DNA of 64,000 nucleotides from Veleropilina oligotropha (Eukaryota): NCBI GenBank assembly GCA_048128005.1, contig JBEUKZ010000071.1, positions 372,001 to 436,000 of the forward strand, read 5' to 3'. Shown piece by piece: positions 28,201 to 38,312 of this stretch (position 1 is its first letter; each line of letters starts with the position of its first letter). The notes under the pieces were generated by a model. It saw only the letters and a program-made list of their open reading frames with translations, ran no database searches and was not told where the DNA came from. The position numbers and the translations under genes were made by a program.

Positions 28201-28720
28201 TGGGTGTCTAATTGTAAGAACCTTGCATACTGGTACTCTTGGTGGTATGATTGTAAGAACCTTGCATACTGGTACTCTTGGTGGTATGATTGTAAGAACC
28301 TTGCATACTGGTACTCTTGGGTGTCTAATTGTAAGCACCTTGCATACTGGTACTCTTGGGTGTCTAAATGTAAGAACCTTGCATACTGGTACTCTTGGGT
28401 GTCTAATTGTAAGAACCTTGCATCCTGGTACTCTTGGTGGTATGATTGTAAGCACCTTGCATCCTGGTACTCTTGGTGGTATGATTGTAAGAACCTTGCA
28501 TCCTGGTACTCTTGGGTGTCTAATTGTAAGAACCTTGCATACTGGTACTCTTGGGTGTCTAATTGTAAGAACCTTGCATACTGGTACTCTTGGTGGTATG
28601 ATTGTAAGAACCTTGCATACTGGTACTCTTGGTGGTATGATTGTAAGAACCTTGCATACTGGTACTCTTGGGTGTCTAATTGTAAGCACCTTGCTACTGG
28701 TACTCTTGGTGGTATGATTG
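25237..28720. repeat. 39-bp minisatellite array, ~89 units
   Basis: (CTGGTACTCTTGGGTGTCTAATTGTAAGAACCTTGCATA)n with a few recurrent variants. Confidence 0.97.
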
Positions 28721-30659
28721 AAATGTAGAAACTGCACCTTTTTTTAGATATATTAATATCTGATAAATTTTGTCTAAATATTAAAGAGATTATTGCCCGT
28801 AAATGCACTCTTTTTTAAAAGAAAACTAACCGCATTACACTTTTTGTTTATAACAAAAATTAAGGAATTTTCAACACTCAACTTTCGTCAGTAATTTGCT
28901 ATCATTTAAATTAATCACTACTGAATATTTAAAAATAATTATAAGTGGTCCTCTTTTAAAGTGTTACTTGAATGTCATTTAAATATGCTACTTAGACAAT
29001 TTAATACAAGACACGATTTATGCTATGAAAACAATACATGGTTAGAATCTTTGAACATTTATCGAAAACATGTTTATTTGCATGTTTATAACCTAGACGA
29101 TGACGTCGTTAAAAACAACGTGTAAACGGCTATTATTCATTTTTCCGTGCATGACGTATGATAAGTATCCCGCAAGCCAGAATGGTTCCTGTCAACAAGG
29201 AAAGTGATATTGGCAATTTGTCAGATACCAGTCTTTTCTCTGGAATAAAACCGGACCAACACTAATATTTTGTAGAAACGAAAGAGGGAAGTATTGTTAC
29301 GATGTATAAGTAGGCTATATAATTATGTAACATTATTTTTTCCCAAAATTGTTGAAGGCTTGTGGCAACATGTGTTCGGGATAGCGATTTATAGGAGAAT
29401 TGTTGTCATATAATCTACACAGCACATTTTGTTCTGATGGCATAAAATTGAATGACATATTAATTCCGGGGTGCTTATAAGATCGGTGATAGGCTGGGTG
29501 TCGTTACTCGTATACAATAATGAATTATAATATTACCACCGTCGTTGTAAGATCTCCCGATTGCAATCTTACCGTATCGTCGTGGAGGACATTCGACCAG
29601 TCTGCATGTTATATGAGCCGTTCCATCGAACGGGAGCTGTAGCAAGCATTTAATTTGTGCTCTTATGCAGATCGGCAGTTCAAATCCATTCATTGAATAT
29701 TTAAATATGATTTATTTTGATTTGCGTCACTGAATTATATCAAACTTTACTGACAAGTGTTTTTCGTTCACGTGAAACAGTAATGTTGAAAATTGTTTAC
29801 ATTTGAATGGTCCGGGATACGTCACGGGGGTTTGGGTAGGAACTAATTTTATTTAAATACTTAACTGTATGGTACAATACTAGTAACATGTATTTAGTAC
29901 AGCAACAATAATATAATGGTACCTTTCTTAAAATATCAAATACTTTTTTTAATACAGCAGATTAAATATAATCTACATGCATACTATAGTAGTTATAGCT
30001 GATACCCCCATGACGTTAAAATGGACCAGACATGGTAGCCGTGCTGCATCTTTCGTTCACATTTGGAGGTCATATGTGCATAGATTTATACAAATTTGAT
30101 TCAAAATATCAAAATGCTCATTGATTTATTAAATATACCATATTATAACAAATATTGGATTAAAAATGGAAGCCGTAATCTACTGCATATTATAGGTTGC
30201 CAACTTTGCAGATCACCATACAGGCAAGATATTAGAAATAATTAACTCATTGCTTTCAATGCATATTATTTCGGCTTCTAACTTTATTTATAACTAGGCC
30301 TATAAACATATTTTTAGTAAGTAGGCATACTGTACCGATATTATATATTTATTCAGAATATAATCAATTACGTTTTTAATGAAATATTTGAGCAAATACA
30401 GCGCATGTCTTCGTCAACAAATTCAAGCGACTCCGAAACATCGCTACATCAGCGGCGGATTGACCGTCTGCAATCCATAAACTGACTGAATTTTTCGTTT
30501 TGTATTTTGCAGTTAAATAACTGTTATATGAAGTTAACAGCGCTGGTCTGACTTTAAATTTACTGTACTTCCATTATTGCACCTCTTTGTGTTGAAGGAT
30601 GACTATTTCACATATCGCGAAGAAAAAACAATTGACGCACGTAGCGGCCAATACCATAC

Positions 30660-30852
30660 AGCAGCAGGGGGGGTCAGTAGACTTTTTAGAATGGGAAAAT
30701 AAGGCTCCCAGCACTATTTCAGAACTGAGCTGGTAGTACTGGGGGGGACTAGGGGGTTTAGACTAGGGGCCCGGGGCGGCCGTGGAGGCTCCCAGCCCTA
30801 TTCCAGACCCCAGGGTAGGGCTTGTATTACAAAAAGTCACCGTGTGTACAGA
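30660..30852 (+). repeat. Left terminal inverted repeat of copy 1
   Basis: Reverse complement of 45831-46023, with 2 mismatches seen. Confidence 0.95.
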
Positions 30853-31539
30853 GCGCGTCTATCGAAACTAGGGTAGCTTAGAATAGTGGAGAACTCCTTT
30901 GTTACTGCCTGGTGTATTCATAGCCTGTGGCTGACCTAGTGCTCCCGTTCTCGAGAATCTTTATTGCCACGTGACAATGACTTAGCTCAAAAGCTGCCAT
31001 GTCAGCCAGAAAGCTGTAACCGAAAAAGTTTCTGGTAACTGAATATTGTGAAATCAAAACATTGGTTACAGCTTTCTCGCTGACCATGCAAATCTGGAGC
31101 GAATCTCTTTTTATCTGTGCCACGAGAAATGCGTTAGACAAAATCTATTTTTAACTGGGTCAGCCAGCCAGCTACGCTGCTTGTGAGCGAGAGTAAACAA
31201 TGAAAAAATAGGCGTGACGAGGTATTTCTAAAGACTTGGCTATGGCGCATCTTGATAGGCGAAGCGCTTTTATTCATACCCGCTGAGAAACCCATTAGGC
31301 TATAGGCGTCTATTGTTTCATGGTTTCAAGTCATTGCGGGCAAGGAATCCCCGAGATACGCGAAGCGAAATGCTATGAATAGGCTGTACTGGATAGTCAA
31401 CAATAGACAGCCGGCCGGCTATTAATATAACACTGGGAAAGCCTGAAAAAATATTGTAAGGCAGGGAATTCCCAAGCAGCTGTTTATATAAATATATAAT
31501 TCCCGCTGGCCAGTGTGCAGTTACAGGGCGAGTGATGCC

Positions 31540-31905
31540 CTATCTGATTCCACGCACCCAAGCAGCCTGTCGATAGCATTGAGAAGTACTGCCCGTTTTT
31601 ACCAGTACATCGGGGGGCTGTTCACACTGGACGCAAACGACAGTATTTGGGTCGGGCGCCTCACAGTCATTCTCTCCGTCGGTTACATAGTAGTGACACA
31701 CGGGTGCCCGCACAGGGGGTGGGTCTCCCAGGCGTAGTCGCAAGTTTCTTCGCAAGGGGTCGTGCCTTATATTGTACCGGGGGTGGGTCCGATACCTGGC
31801 CCACGTATGTTCGAGAATTAATGCAGTGTCATGTGACGCCGTCTGGGTGGAGACACCCCCTAGCCAGCACACCGCGGCAATGCACAGAAGTAGCATGGAT
31901 TTCAT
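31540..31905 (-). CDS. Putative secreted cysteine-containing protein (viral accessory)
   Basis: Signal-peptide-like N-terminus MKSMLLLCIAAVCWLGGVST; 5 Cys in the C-terminal half. Confidence 0.55.
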   Translation of the reverse strand: MKSMLLLCIAAVCWLGGVSTQTASHDTALILEHTWARYRTHPRYNIRHDPLRRNLRLRLGDPPPVRAPVCHYYVTDGENDCEAPDPNTVVCVQCEQPPDVLVKTGSTSQCYRQAAWVRGIR

Positions 31906-31987
31906 GGTTGTCCAGATATCACTGTTGAGTTCTAGCTTTAATACTGGGGGGGAGGGGGGTAGTCGTGGCTACGATCGACCTGGATAG

Positions 31988-32623
31988 TTAATCTCCAGCC
32001 CCGATTTTTTTCAGCAGCTCTGCGCGTCCCTCTTTACGACCACGCTCAAGAAGCTCGGTTTGGGTCTGTGAAATCGCGGTGTGCGCTTTTGTACTCTTGA
32101 GACGCAGGGCGGCTTTCAATGCCCGATACTTTTCCATCTCCCCTGTGACCAGTTGAAATTCATCATCAGACATCACCCCGTCCGCTAAGGCCTTTGAGAC
32201 GTGGTCGGTTATGGTATTCAGTTTACTGTCGGCCAGTACTCGGATCTCGTCGTGCTTTTTAGCCTTCACCCCGAGGCGTCGGCTGATGTATTTTCCACCC
32301 ATGCTAGCGAGCCCACACCCCAACGCCGCTAATTCCAGCACTAGGACCACCGGTGCGGCAACGATCGTGGACAACAGTCCGATTCCGGCGCTACCCATAC
32401 CGAGGGTCGCCACGACCAGGGCCGAGTCGATCCCGTCAACGACGTTAACGCCTCGCCGGTACTTTTTATACAGGGCAGCCCTTGTGTCTCTCTCTCGTTC
32501 TAGCTGTCCCTGAAGCTCATTCACTTTCTGTAGTCGGAAAGACTGTGCCTCCGGCAGTTCCGAAGGCACATCTCCACCAAGCTGTGGGTACAGCGTTGGC
32601 GCTGATGGCTTGCTGTCCATCAT
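31988..32623 (-). CDS. Membrane-associated protein with coiled coil and hydrophobic hairpin; resembles a recurrent Polinton/adintovirus accessory family
   Basis: 211 aa; N-terminal PSAPTLYPQL, FRLQKVNELQ coiled coil, a ~45-aa hydrophobic segment, then KAKKHDEI and SDDEFQLV motifs. Confidence 0.8.
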   Translation of the reverse strand: MMDSKPSAPTLYPQLGGDVPSELPEAQSFRLQKVNELQGQLERERDTRAALYKKYRRGVNVVDGIDSALVVATLGMGSAGIGLLSTIVAAPVVLVLELAALGCGLASMGGKYISRRLGVKAKKHDEIRVLADSKLNTITDHVSKALADGVMSDDEFQLVTGEMEKYRALKAALRLKSTKAHTAISQTQTELLERGRKEGRAELLKKIGAGD

Positions 32624-33039
32624 ACGTGGCTGTATTGTTCAGCCTGTTGATTCCCCATGTCTACCGTTACGTTCAAATACATGGTCCCCACCCACGGGGC
32701 CTTGATGATGAAGGCGAGGGTCAACCTGTCCGAATTCAGGCCAAGCGTACTTATGGAACATGCTTTGGGGCCCCCGGCGGGCTGGACCGGCGTCAGGTGG
32801 ATCATTAGGAGGGCTGGGTTTAACCCAAACCAACCTCCAGCGTTTGGGATCATGAACTCCCTCTTCGCCAGCCCCTTCTTGGGCGCTTCCCCACAATTAA
32901 GAACGAAGTGCCACCGGGTCGGGGAAGAGGGCTCATCTGCAAGCAGGGGGAGGGGGGGACGGTCCCATAGATGCTGGCGCTCATTGTATCGCAAGGACTG
33001 CAGTAATGGGCATGCCGTGATTGTCGATCGGGTTACCAT
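32620..33039 (-). CDS. Hypothetical viral protein, start uncertain
   Basis: The ORF fills the gap between the penton-like and 211-aa genes; its stop overlaps the next ATG (ATGA). Confidence 0.45.
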   Translation of the reverse strand: MVTRSTITACPLLQSLRYNERQHLWDRPPLPLLADEPSSPTRWHFVLNCGEAPKKGLAKREFMIPNAGGWFGLNPALLMIHLTPVQPAGGPKACSISTLGLNSDRLTLAFIIKAPWVGTMYLNVTVDMGNQQAEQYSHV

Positions 33040-33724
33040 CTGCGTCTGTGACGTACACCTTCAACTCTGTGATAATCCCGGCCTGTAGTCGCCGGCCGGC
33101 GGGGTACATCTGATAGTGGCCAGCCTCACCGAGCATCTGCGACGTTATAGGGACCACCGCGAGAACATTGCTCGGGGCGCCGTCCTTCACATTGTGTGTT
33201 GTACTGAGCTGATCCAAGTGAACGTGTAGGGTCGGCGCTATGGCAAACCCGACAGGCTTGTTCCCGTCATAAGTCCCAGGGCGTAGCCACTCGGATCTCT
33301 CCGGAGGGGGAGGTCGGCCCCGTACTGGGCCGGGGCGAAGGGGTGGGTTTAGATTCCCCGATTTATCGAGGATGAACGAAGAAAGGTCTAAGCCGAGGAG
33401 TTTCCGTATATCGTCGCTTACCGCGAGTCGGGTCCCCTCTGGGACAACGATTCGGGCGAGTCCCGTATCATGGCTTACATCTAGCTGTATGTTAACTAGC
33501 GACCTCTTCAGTGTCTTGGCGAGGGAATCGAAGCTGTAAAAACCCGGTGCCACCTCGACCGTGGTATCGGGGGTCTGGAAGAAGGCTCCGGCATGGACGT
33601 TGTGCCAGCCGACCCAATAGTCGAGCGACTGTAAACTGACACGTAAATTGCCCTCCCGGTTATCGATGGGCTCCAGAAGGGCAACCGCGGTCCCCTCTTG
33701 AACACTCGTTAGTGTGTGGAACAT
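32981..33724 (-). CDS. Minor capsid protein (penton-like, single jelly roll)
   Basis: ~247 aa from MFHTL; beta-rich. PGFYSFDSL and C-terminal ELKVYVTDADGNPIDNHGMPITAVLAI patterns resemble Polinton pentons. Confidence 0.75.
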   Translation of the reverse strand: MFHTLTSVQEGTAVALLEPIDNREGNLRVSLQSLDYWVGWHNVHAGAFFQTPDTTVEVAPGFYSFDSLAKTLKRSLVNIQLDVSHDTGLARIVVPEGTRLAVSDDIRKLLGLDLSSFILDKSGNLNPPLRPGPVRGRPPPPERSEWLRPGTYDGNKPVGFAIAPTLHVHLDQLSTTHNVKDGAPSNVLAVVPITSQMLGEAGHYQMYPAGRRLQAGIITELKVYVTDADGNPIDNHGMPITAVLAIQ

Positions 33725-33731
33725 AGTAGCT

Positions 33732-35001
33732 ATGGCTAAGAGCGCCTTTGTATTCAATAGGAGTGCGGCCTATCCGACCGGTGTGGTGTACCCAGCAAAG
33801 ATCAAAGATGAGCAGCTTACGAGACCAAGCATAAATGTGGGTAATAGCTCAACCACTGCATTCGGGGCAGACTACCCGGACGTCTTTCAAAAATACCGCC
33901 TCCCTCACGTCGCGAGTGATCGAGTGATCCAGGCCTGGCACAGTACGCCGATGCGATTTTGGCAGAACAAGGTCAATTTCGCCGTCTGGTGTGCCACAAC
34001 AGGTTCCGGGATCTCCTCAGAGGACCACTTGAATACGACCGACCCCCCTCTCCAGAGCCGTATTCACCTTCCACGTCTACTTTCAGGTCAGAAGGGTACT
34101 GACCGAAATTCAGGCGCCGCTGCCACAAGAACGGACATGGGATGCATTCGACACCCCGTATGACCGAAGGGCATATGAAAAGATCTGCAGCGAGTTTGGC
34201 GTGTCCCCACATACCGACTGGCGTGTCAAGGGTCCCAACGGCGGCCTAGGCACCGCTTTCAGCTACTGGACGAACAACGGCTACCACCCCATAGGACGTG
34301 AGTACGATCCAAGCCGAATGTCATTCACAAAAGGTACGACGAATACGAATCTGCACGTGGACTACATCGCGCAAGCGCCTGCCCTTTCAAACGGCTGGGC
34401 TTCGTTCATCCTGGACAAGTCAGCGGGATTTACCCGGGCCGGCGTGGAAAGGCTCAATGACTCCATCAGGACCTACGTCTGGGCTATTCTTGGAGCGCAG
34501 GCTCAAACGCGTGCAGGCATTCTGGGCAGTGGAACGGCATTTGACGCGCAGAAACAGTTTCTGGCCAACGTGGAAGATGCCATCGCATCGCCGGTGGACC
34601 TCCCAGCAGCAATCAAAAGGTACCAAGAGGTGCTCCAGTATGCGAGGTCCAAAGTGGACTTCGTCTTTGGACATGGCCTGTACATGGCGCCAAGTAACAT
34701 GCTTCTACGGATCGGGCAGGTGGCTGGTTATAACAACGAGATCGTCGTCGCCACGGACAACCAGACACTGGGTCTTAATACTACGGTCAACGCGGCCAGT
34801 GTGCCGCTCAACGCCACTGGGGGTACTGGAGAAACAGGATTGGTCATCCCACAAGACGCAGTCTTACGGGCAGATGCTCCGAAGCATCCAAACGATGAGC
34901 CGGCAGCTGTTCCAGCCGGGGTTGCCTCACATGACGAGGAGAAAACCGCACTCATCGTGGGCGGCATTGTCGTTGGCCTAGCGTTCATTTGGCTTACGTG
35001 A
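33732..35001 (+). pseudogene. ~422-aa protein with C-terminal transmembrane anchor, split by a 1-nt frameshift
   Basis: Removing one C from the C6 run at 34043-34048 joins MAKSAFVF...NTTDP to LSRAVFTFHVYFQVRR... with no stops through TALIVGGIVVGLAFIWLT. Confidence 0.75.
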
Positions 35002-36316
35002 CCCACTGTCTAGCGGCAATAAGAAGCAAGCCCCCAACAGATATAATCACAGCCCACAGGTTCTCGGCCAGCCACGATGCAGTCTTGCCGACCAGGTTGA
35101 TTAGCCAGGAGACCAGGCTTCCAAGTATTCCTGGGAGTGCGGCTGCGGCCTTCCCTGCTAGTTTGCCCAGAATCCGACCCAGGTTCTGCAGCTGCTTTTT
35201 GACCCACTCCTTGACCCCCCCATGACCACTGGGAGGTGGTGGTGTTGGTGCGATGCTCGGCGCTCCTCCTGTCAGGGCTAGTACCAAAGTCGAGATAGCC
35301 AACCCAATAGCGGTCAGTATGGTTGCGATCGTGACCCCCTGTTCGCGGAACAGGGTCCGGATGCGCTCGGCTAGCGTCGTATCCGTGTGGAGAATCCGAC
35401 TTATCATCTCTCGGATCCGGCTGATTTGAGAGCGAAGGGCTTCCCGGCTGGACGAGGCTGCCTCTAGGCGAGCTTCTCGTTCATCAGTCAAGTTGCGAAG
35501 ACGTTCCGCGATTCGTCGACGAACGAACTCCTCGACACCTCCTTCATCTGCCTGAGCGAGCTTCCTCTTCTCCAGAGCTATGTGTTCGTCCAGTGCCGTT
35601 AGCTTGGCCAGGTTGTTCGTTAGCTCGCCTCGGATTGTCTGCATCGCCTTGTCCAGGCCGCGAAGCTCACGAAGATTTAAGGGGGGGTCCCCCATCGTGC
35701 CTAAGATCTCATCAACCTCAGCATCTGTGAACGCCGTCTCCATTGTGTGGATTGCTACTGATGCCTCAGTAGCTGTCTGCCCCAAGTCCCGCAGTTCCAC
35801 GTTGTCTACGTTGGCCGCCGCACCGCTCAACTCATTGTCGGCGGTCTGAAAAGCTGCGACGGCTTTTGAGGACATCTTCTGTCCCCCTTTCCCCCGCTTC
35901 TCTGGCCGCGTCCATTCTTCGAAACCCAACCCTTTTCTGATCGCTTTACTCCCACCACGCCTGTTAGCTAGTGTTGACAAAGCATTGGGGTTTTTGGTCC
36001 TAGAATTGATGAGATCGATGTTTGGAAACTTCTTCAGCCGCAATCCCACCCCCTCTACATACTCGAACTGGGCATAATCACGATACGTGGGCGGGGTCTG
36101 CCCCGCCTCCAACAGGGCTTCGTAGTAGTTATCAACCGCGTCCTTCACGAGCTCTTGCCGCTGACTGCTGGTTCCTTCCTGTGGCGCGGCGGATCTATCC
36201 ACATCAATATCGTCGATGATGGTATCATCGTTGTCGATGAGATCATCGTTGTCGATGAAATCATCGTTGTCGATGAAATCATCAAGCTCGAATGCGGGGT
36301 TCGGGAATTCCGCCAT
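34994..36316 (-). CDS. 440-aa coiled-coil protein with acidic N-terminus and hydrophobic/amphipathic C-terminal helices
   Basis: Intact ORF; (DDFIDN)-like 18-bp repeats, long heptad region, and GVTIATILTAIGLAISTLVLALT plus two further hydrophobic helices. Confidence 0.85.
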   Translation of the reverse strand: MAEFPNPAFELDDFIDNDDFIDNDDLIDNDDTIIDDIDVDRSAAPQEGTSSQRQELVKDAVDNYYEALLEAGQTPPTYRDYAQFEYVEGVGLRLKKFPNIDLINSRTKNPNALSTLANRRGGSKAIRKGLGFEEWTRPEKRGKGGQKMSSKAVAAFQTADNELSGAAANVDNVELRDLGQTATEASVAIHTMETAFTDAEVDEILGTMGDPPLNLRELRGLDKAMQTIRGELTNNLAKLTALDEHIALEKRKLAQADEGGVEEFVRRRIAERLRNLTDEREARLEAASSSREALRSQISRIREMISRILHTDTTLAERIRTLFREQGVTIATILTAIGLAISTLVLALTGGAPSIAPTPPPPSGHGGVKEWVKKQLQNLGRILGKLAGKAAAALPGILGSLVSWLINLVGKTASWLAENLWAVIISVGGLLLIAARQWVT

Positions 36317-36358
36317 TTGAATACACCGGTGGGGTACGCATCTAATTCAGACAACAAC

Positions 36359-37663
36359 ATGTCCAGCACGTACGGACGCACGTTGGATCCATACCGCAGA
36401 CTGCGAGAGCCTCTTGGGGTGAAAGGGGTCCGCCAATCGGTCACCATAACGAACAACCCATCCACGATCGCCACCAATCAGCACCTGCTGGTCAGGTTCC
36501 CTAATCTCGGGACTCATGACGTGATCGTGCCAGGGACTGCCCACCTCGCATTCACCATTTCGTTGACCTCGGCTAATCCGAACAGAACTGTGGTGCAGAA
36601 CCTCGGACGCGCCGTGGTCAAAAAGACCAGGATCAAGATTAGTGGCAACGAAATCTTATCGATTGACGACTCCGACGTGTATCACTGCTACTGCGATCTC
36701 TGGAAGACACCCCAAGAACGCCAGAGTGCTCACTACCAGGGTATCGATACCAGCGCCGAACACAATACGACGAAGAACCGTGTCGGCGCAGCGGACGCCT
36801 TCAGACGTTCTGAGGACACGGCCATCTCGGACGCTTACGGTCCGAGGTTCCGCATCCCGCTGGATTTCGAGCTCTTGGAAAGTCACATGCCGTTCTACCA
36901 GAGTGCGTTGGGGGACCGTCTTGAGTACGAACTAACGTTCAATGATCACTCAAGGACGATCAGGAACACCGATGACCCCAGTTCCAGCTACGTCATCGAC
37001 AATATCAGCCTGGAATACGACATGGTCACCAACACGGACCTAGCTAGGCTGATAAAAAACCAATACAGGGGCCGCCTCGTCATCCTCTACGACCGTGTCC
37101 TGCGGCATCGTAAGATCATAAAAGACAAGAGCGACACCCTGTGGAACCTGAACCTGAACGTTCCGGCGCATTCCATGAAGGGGATTCTAATGCTGTTCGA
37201 GGACCCTGCGAGAGACGCCGCACCATTCGATCGCGACACCGAGGCCTTCTACAATCCGAAGATCACGAAGGTCGAGGTCACCATTGAGGGGGTCCCGAAT
37301 CAAATCTACAGCCAGGGCATGCGTTCCCACCAGATGTGGGACGAAGCCAGGAAGCTGTTCGCCTCCAACCCGATCAGCAAGCGGCATCCTGAGGTGGCGC
37401 TGGTTGCCAAGGATTTGGCTCTGGCAGACGTCACACTGGGCCAGTTTCTGACTAATAAATTCGCGCTGTGGATCGACCTGCGGGTAACCGACGACGATCA
37501 GCTGCATGGGTCAGGCCGGAGGATAGAGAATGCCAGCGAGGGCATCACCATCCAGATTACTAAAACAGGCGAGGCAGCCGGTCCGTTGAACGTTTACCTG
37601 TACGTGATCATGGACGCACAACTTCATATCGAAAATGGCCGATTTGTCACCGCGCTGTACTAA
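36359..37663 (+). CDS. Putative major capsid protein (double jelly roll), 434 aa
   Basis: ATG in AACATG context; size, beta-strand pattern (VVKKTRIKISGNEILSI, FRIPLDF, KITKVEVTIEGVP, LNVYLYV) and position directly upstream of the packaging ATPase. The fold is inferred. Confidence 0.75.
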   Translation: MSSTYGRTLDPYRRLREPLGVKGVRQSVTITNNPSTIATNQHLLVRFPNLGTHDVIVPGTAHLAFTISLTSANPNRTVVQNLGRAVVKKTRIKISGNEILSIDDSDVYHCYCDLWKTPQERQSAHYQGIDTSAEHNTTKNRVGAADAFRRSEDTAISDAYGPRFRIPLDFELLESHMPFYQSALGDRLEYELTFNDHSRTIRNTDDPSSSYVIDNISLEYDMVTNTDLARLIKNQYRGRLVILYDRVLRHRKIIKDKSDTLWNLNLNVPAHSMKGILMLFEDPARDAAPFDRDTEAFYNPKITKVEVTIEGVPNQIYSQGMRSHQMWDEARKLFASNPISKRHPEVALVAKDLALADVTLGQFLTNKFALWIDLRVTDDDQLHGSGRRIENASEGITIQITKTGEAAGPLNVYLYVIMDAQLHIENGRFVTALY

Positions 37664-38270
37664 GAGACAGTTTCCGCACACCACGGACCCCCACTCCGCA
37701 ATCATATGCGGCCAGACGGGCTGTGGAAAGACAATTTTCATACTTTCACTCCTGGAAGGAGTCTATCGAGGGGTGTTCCGGCATATCGTAATCCTCTGCC
37801 CCACGATCAAGTTCAATAAGGCATACCAGTCCTGTCCGTGGATCTGGACTGACCCGGAGGTTTATATAATCCCCCCTGGTGAGCGACTTCACGATTGGTT
37901 GCGGGGGTTCTACCGGCTGTTTCAGGGGGAGTCGACTCTGTACATCATCGACGACTGCGCCGCCAGCAAAGCCCTCGCCAAAAAACGGGACATGCTGACT
38001 TTGTTGGCCTTCAGCGGCAGGCATGCCGAACAGAGCGTATGGGTAGTGACGCAAAAATACAACTCGGTCTTGAAGGAACTCAGAGAGCAGACTCGCTGGG
38101 TCGCGCTGTTTCACTGCAAGGACCGGGATTCGTTCGAGGACTGTCTGCGCGAGAACGATGTAATCTCATCGCAGGATGAACGGACTGCAGTGCGGGGCCT
38201 CCTGGCCGAGACCAGACACAAAAAGCTGTTGTTAAAGACCGATCAGCCCGTTGCTTATAGTGTGCTTTAG
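37635..38270 (+). CDS. A32/FtsK-HerA-type genome packaging ATPase
   Basis: Walker A GQTGCGKT, Walker B LYIIDD, and the SGRH...VTQ arginine-finger/sensor motif. Confidence 0.92.
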   Translation: MADLSPRCTKRQFPHTTDPHSAIICGQTGCGKTIFILSLLEGVYRGVFRHIVILCPTIKFNKAYQSCPWIWTDPEVYIIPPGERLHDWLRGFYRLFQGESTLYIIDDCAASKALAKKRDMLTLLAFSGRHAEQSVWVVTQKYNSVLKELREQTRWVALFHCKDRDSFEDCLRENDVISSQDERTAVRGLLAETRHKKLLLKTDQPVAYSVL

Positions 38271-38312
38271 CAAGCTGCAGTCTACTAGGCATCTACTGAG
38301 CATCTACCCAGC

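Noticed and set aside
25162..28808. Four ORFs of 1097-1191 aa
   Set aside because: They arise because a stop-free 39-bp unit (a multiple of 3) is open on both strands; there is no unique domain and they lie in an intron.
30902..31141. 79-aa ORF next to the left TIR
   Set aside because: Non-ATG start, no motif, and no second copy in the window to test conservation.
36155..36358. 68-aa N-terminal extension of the capsid ORF (IIVVDE repeats)
   Set aside because: Non-ATG start, and it is the antisense reading of the 440-aa gene's DDFIDN repeats; the ATG at 36359 is preferred.
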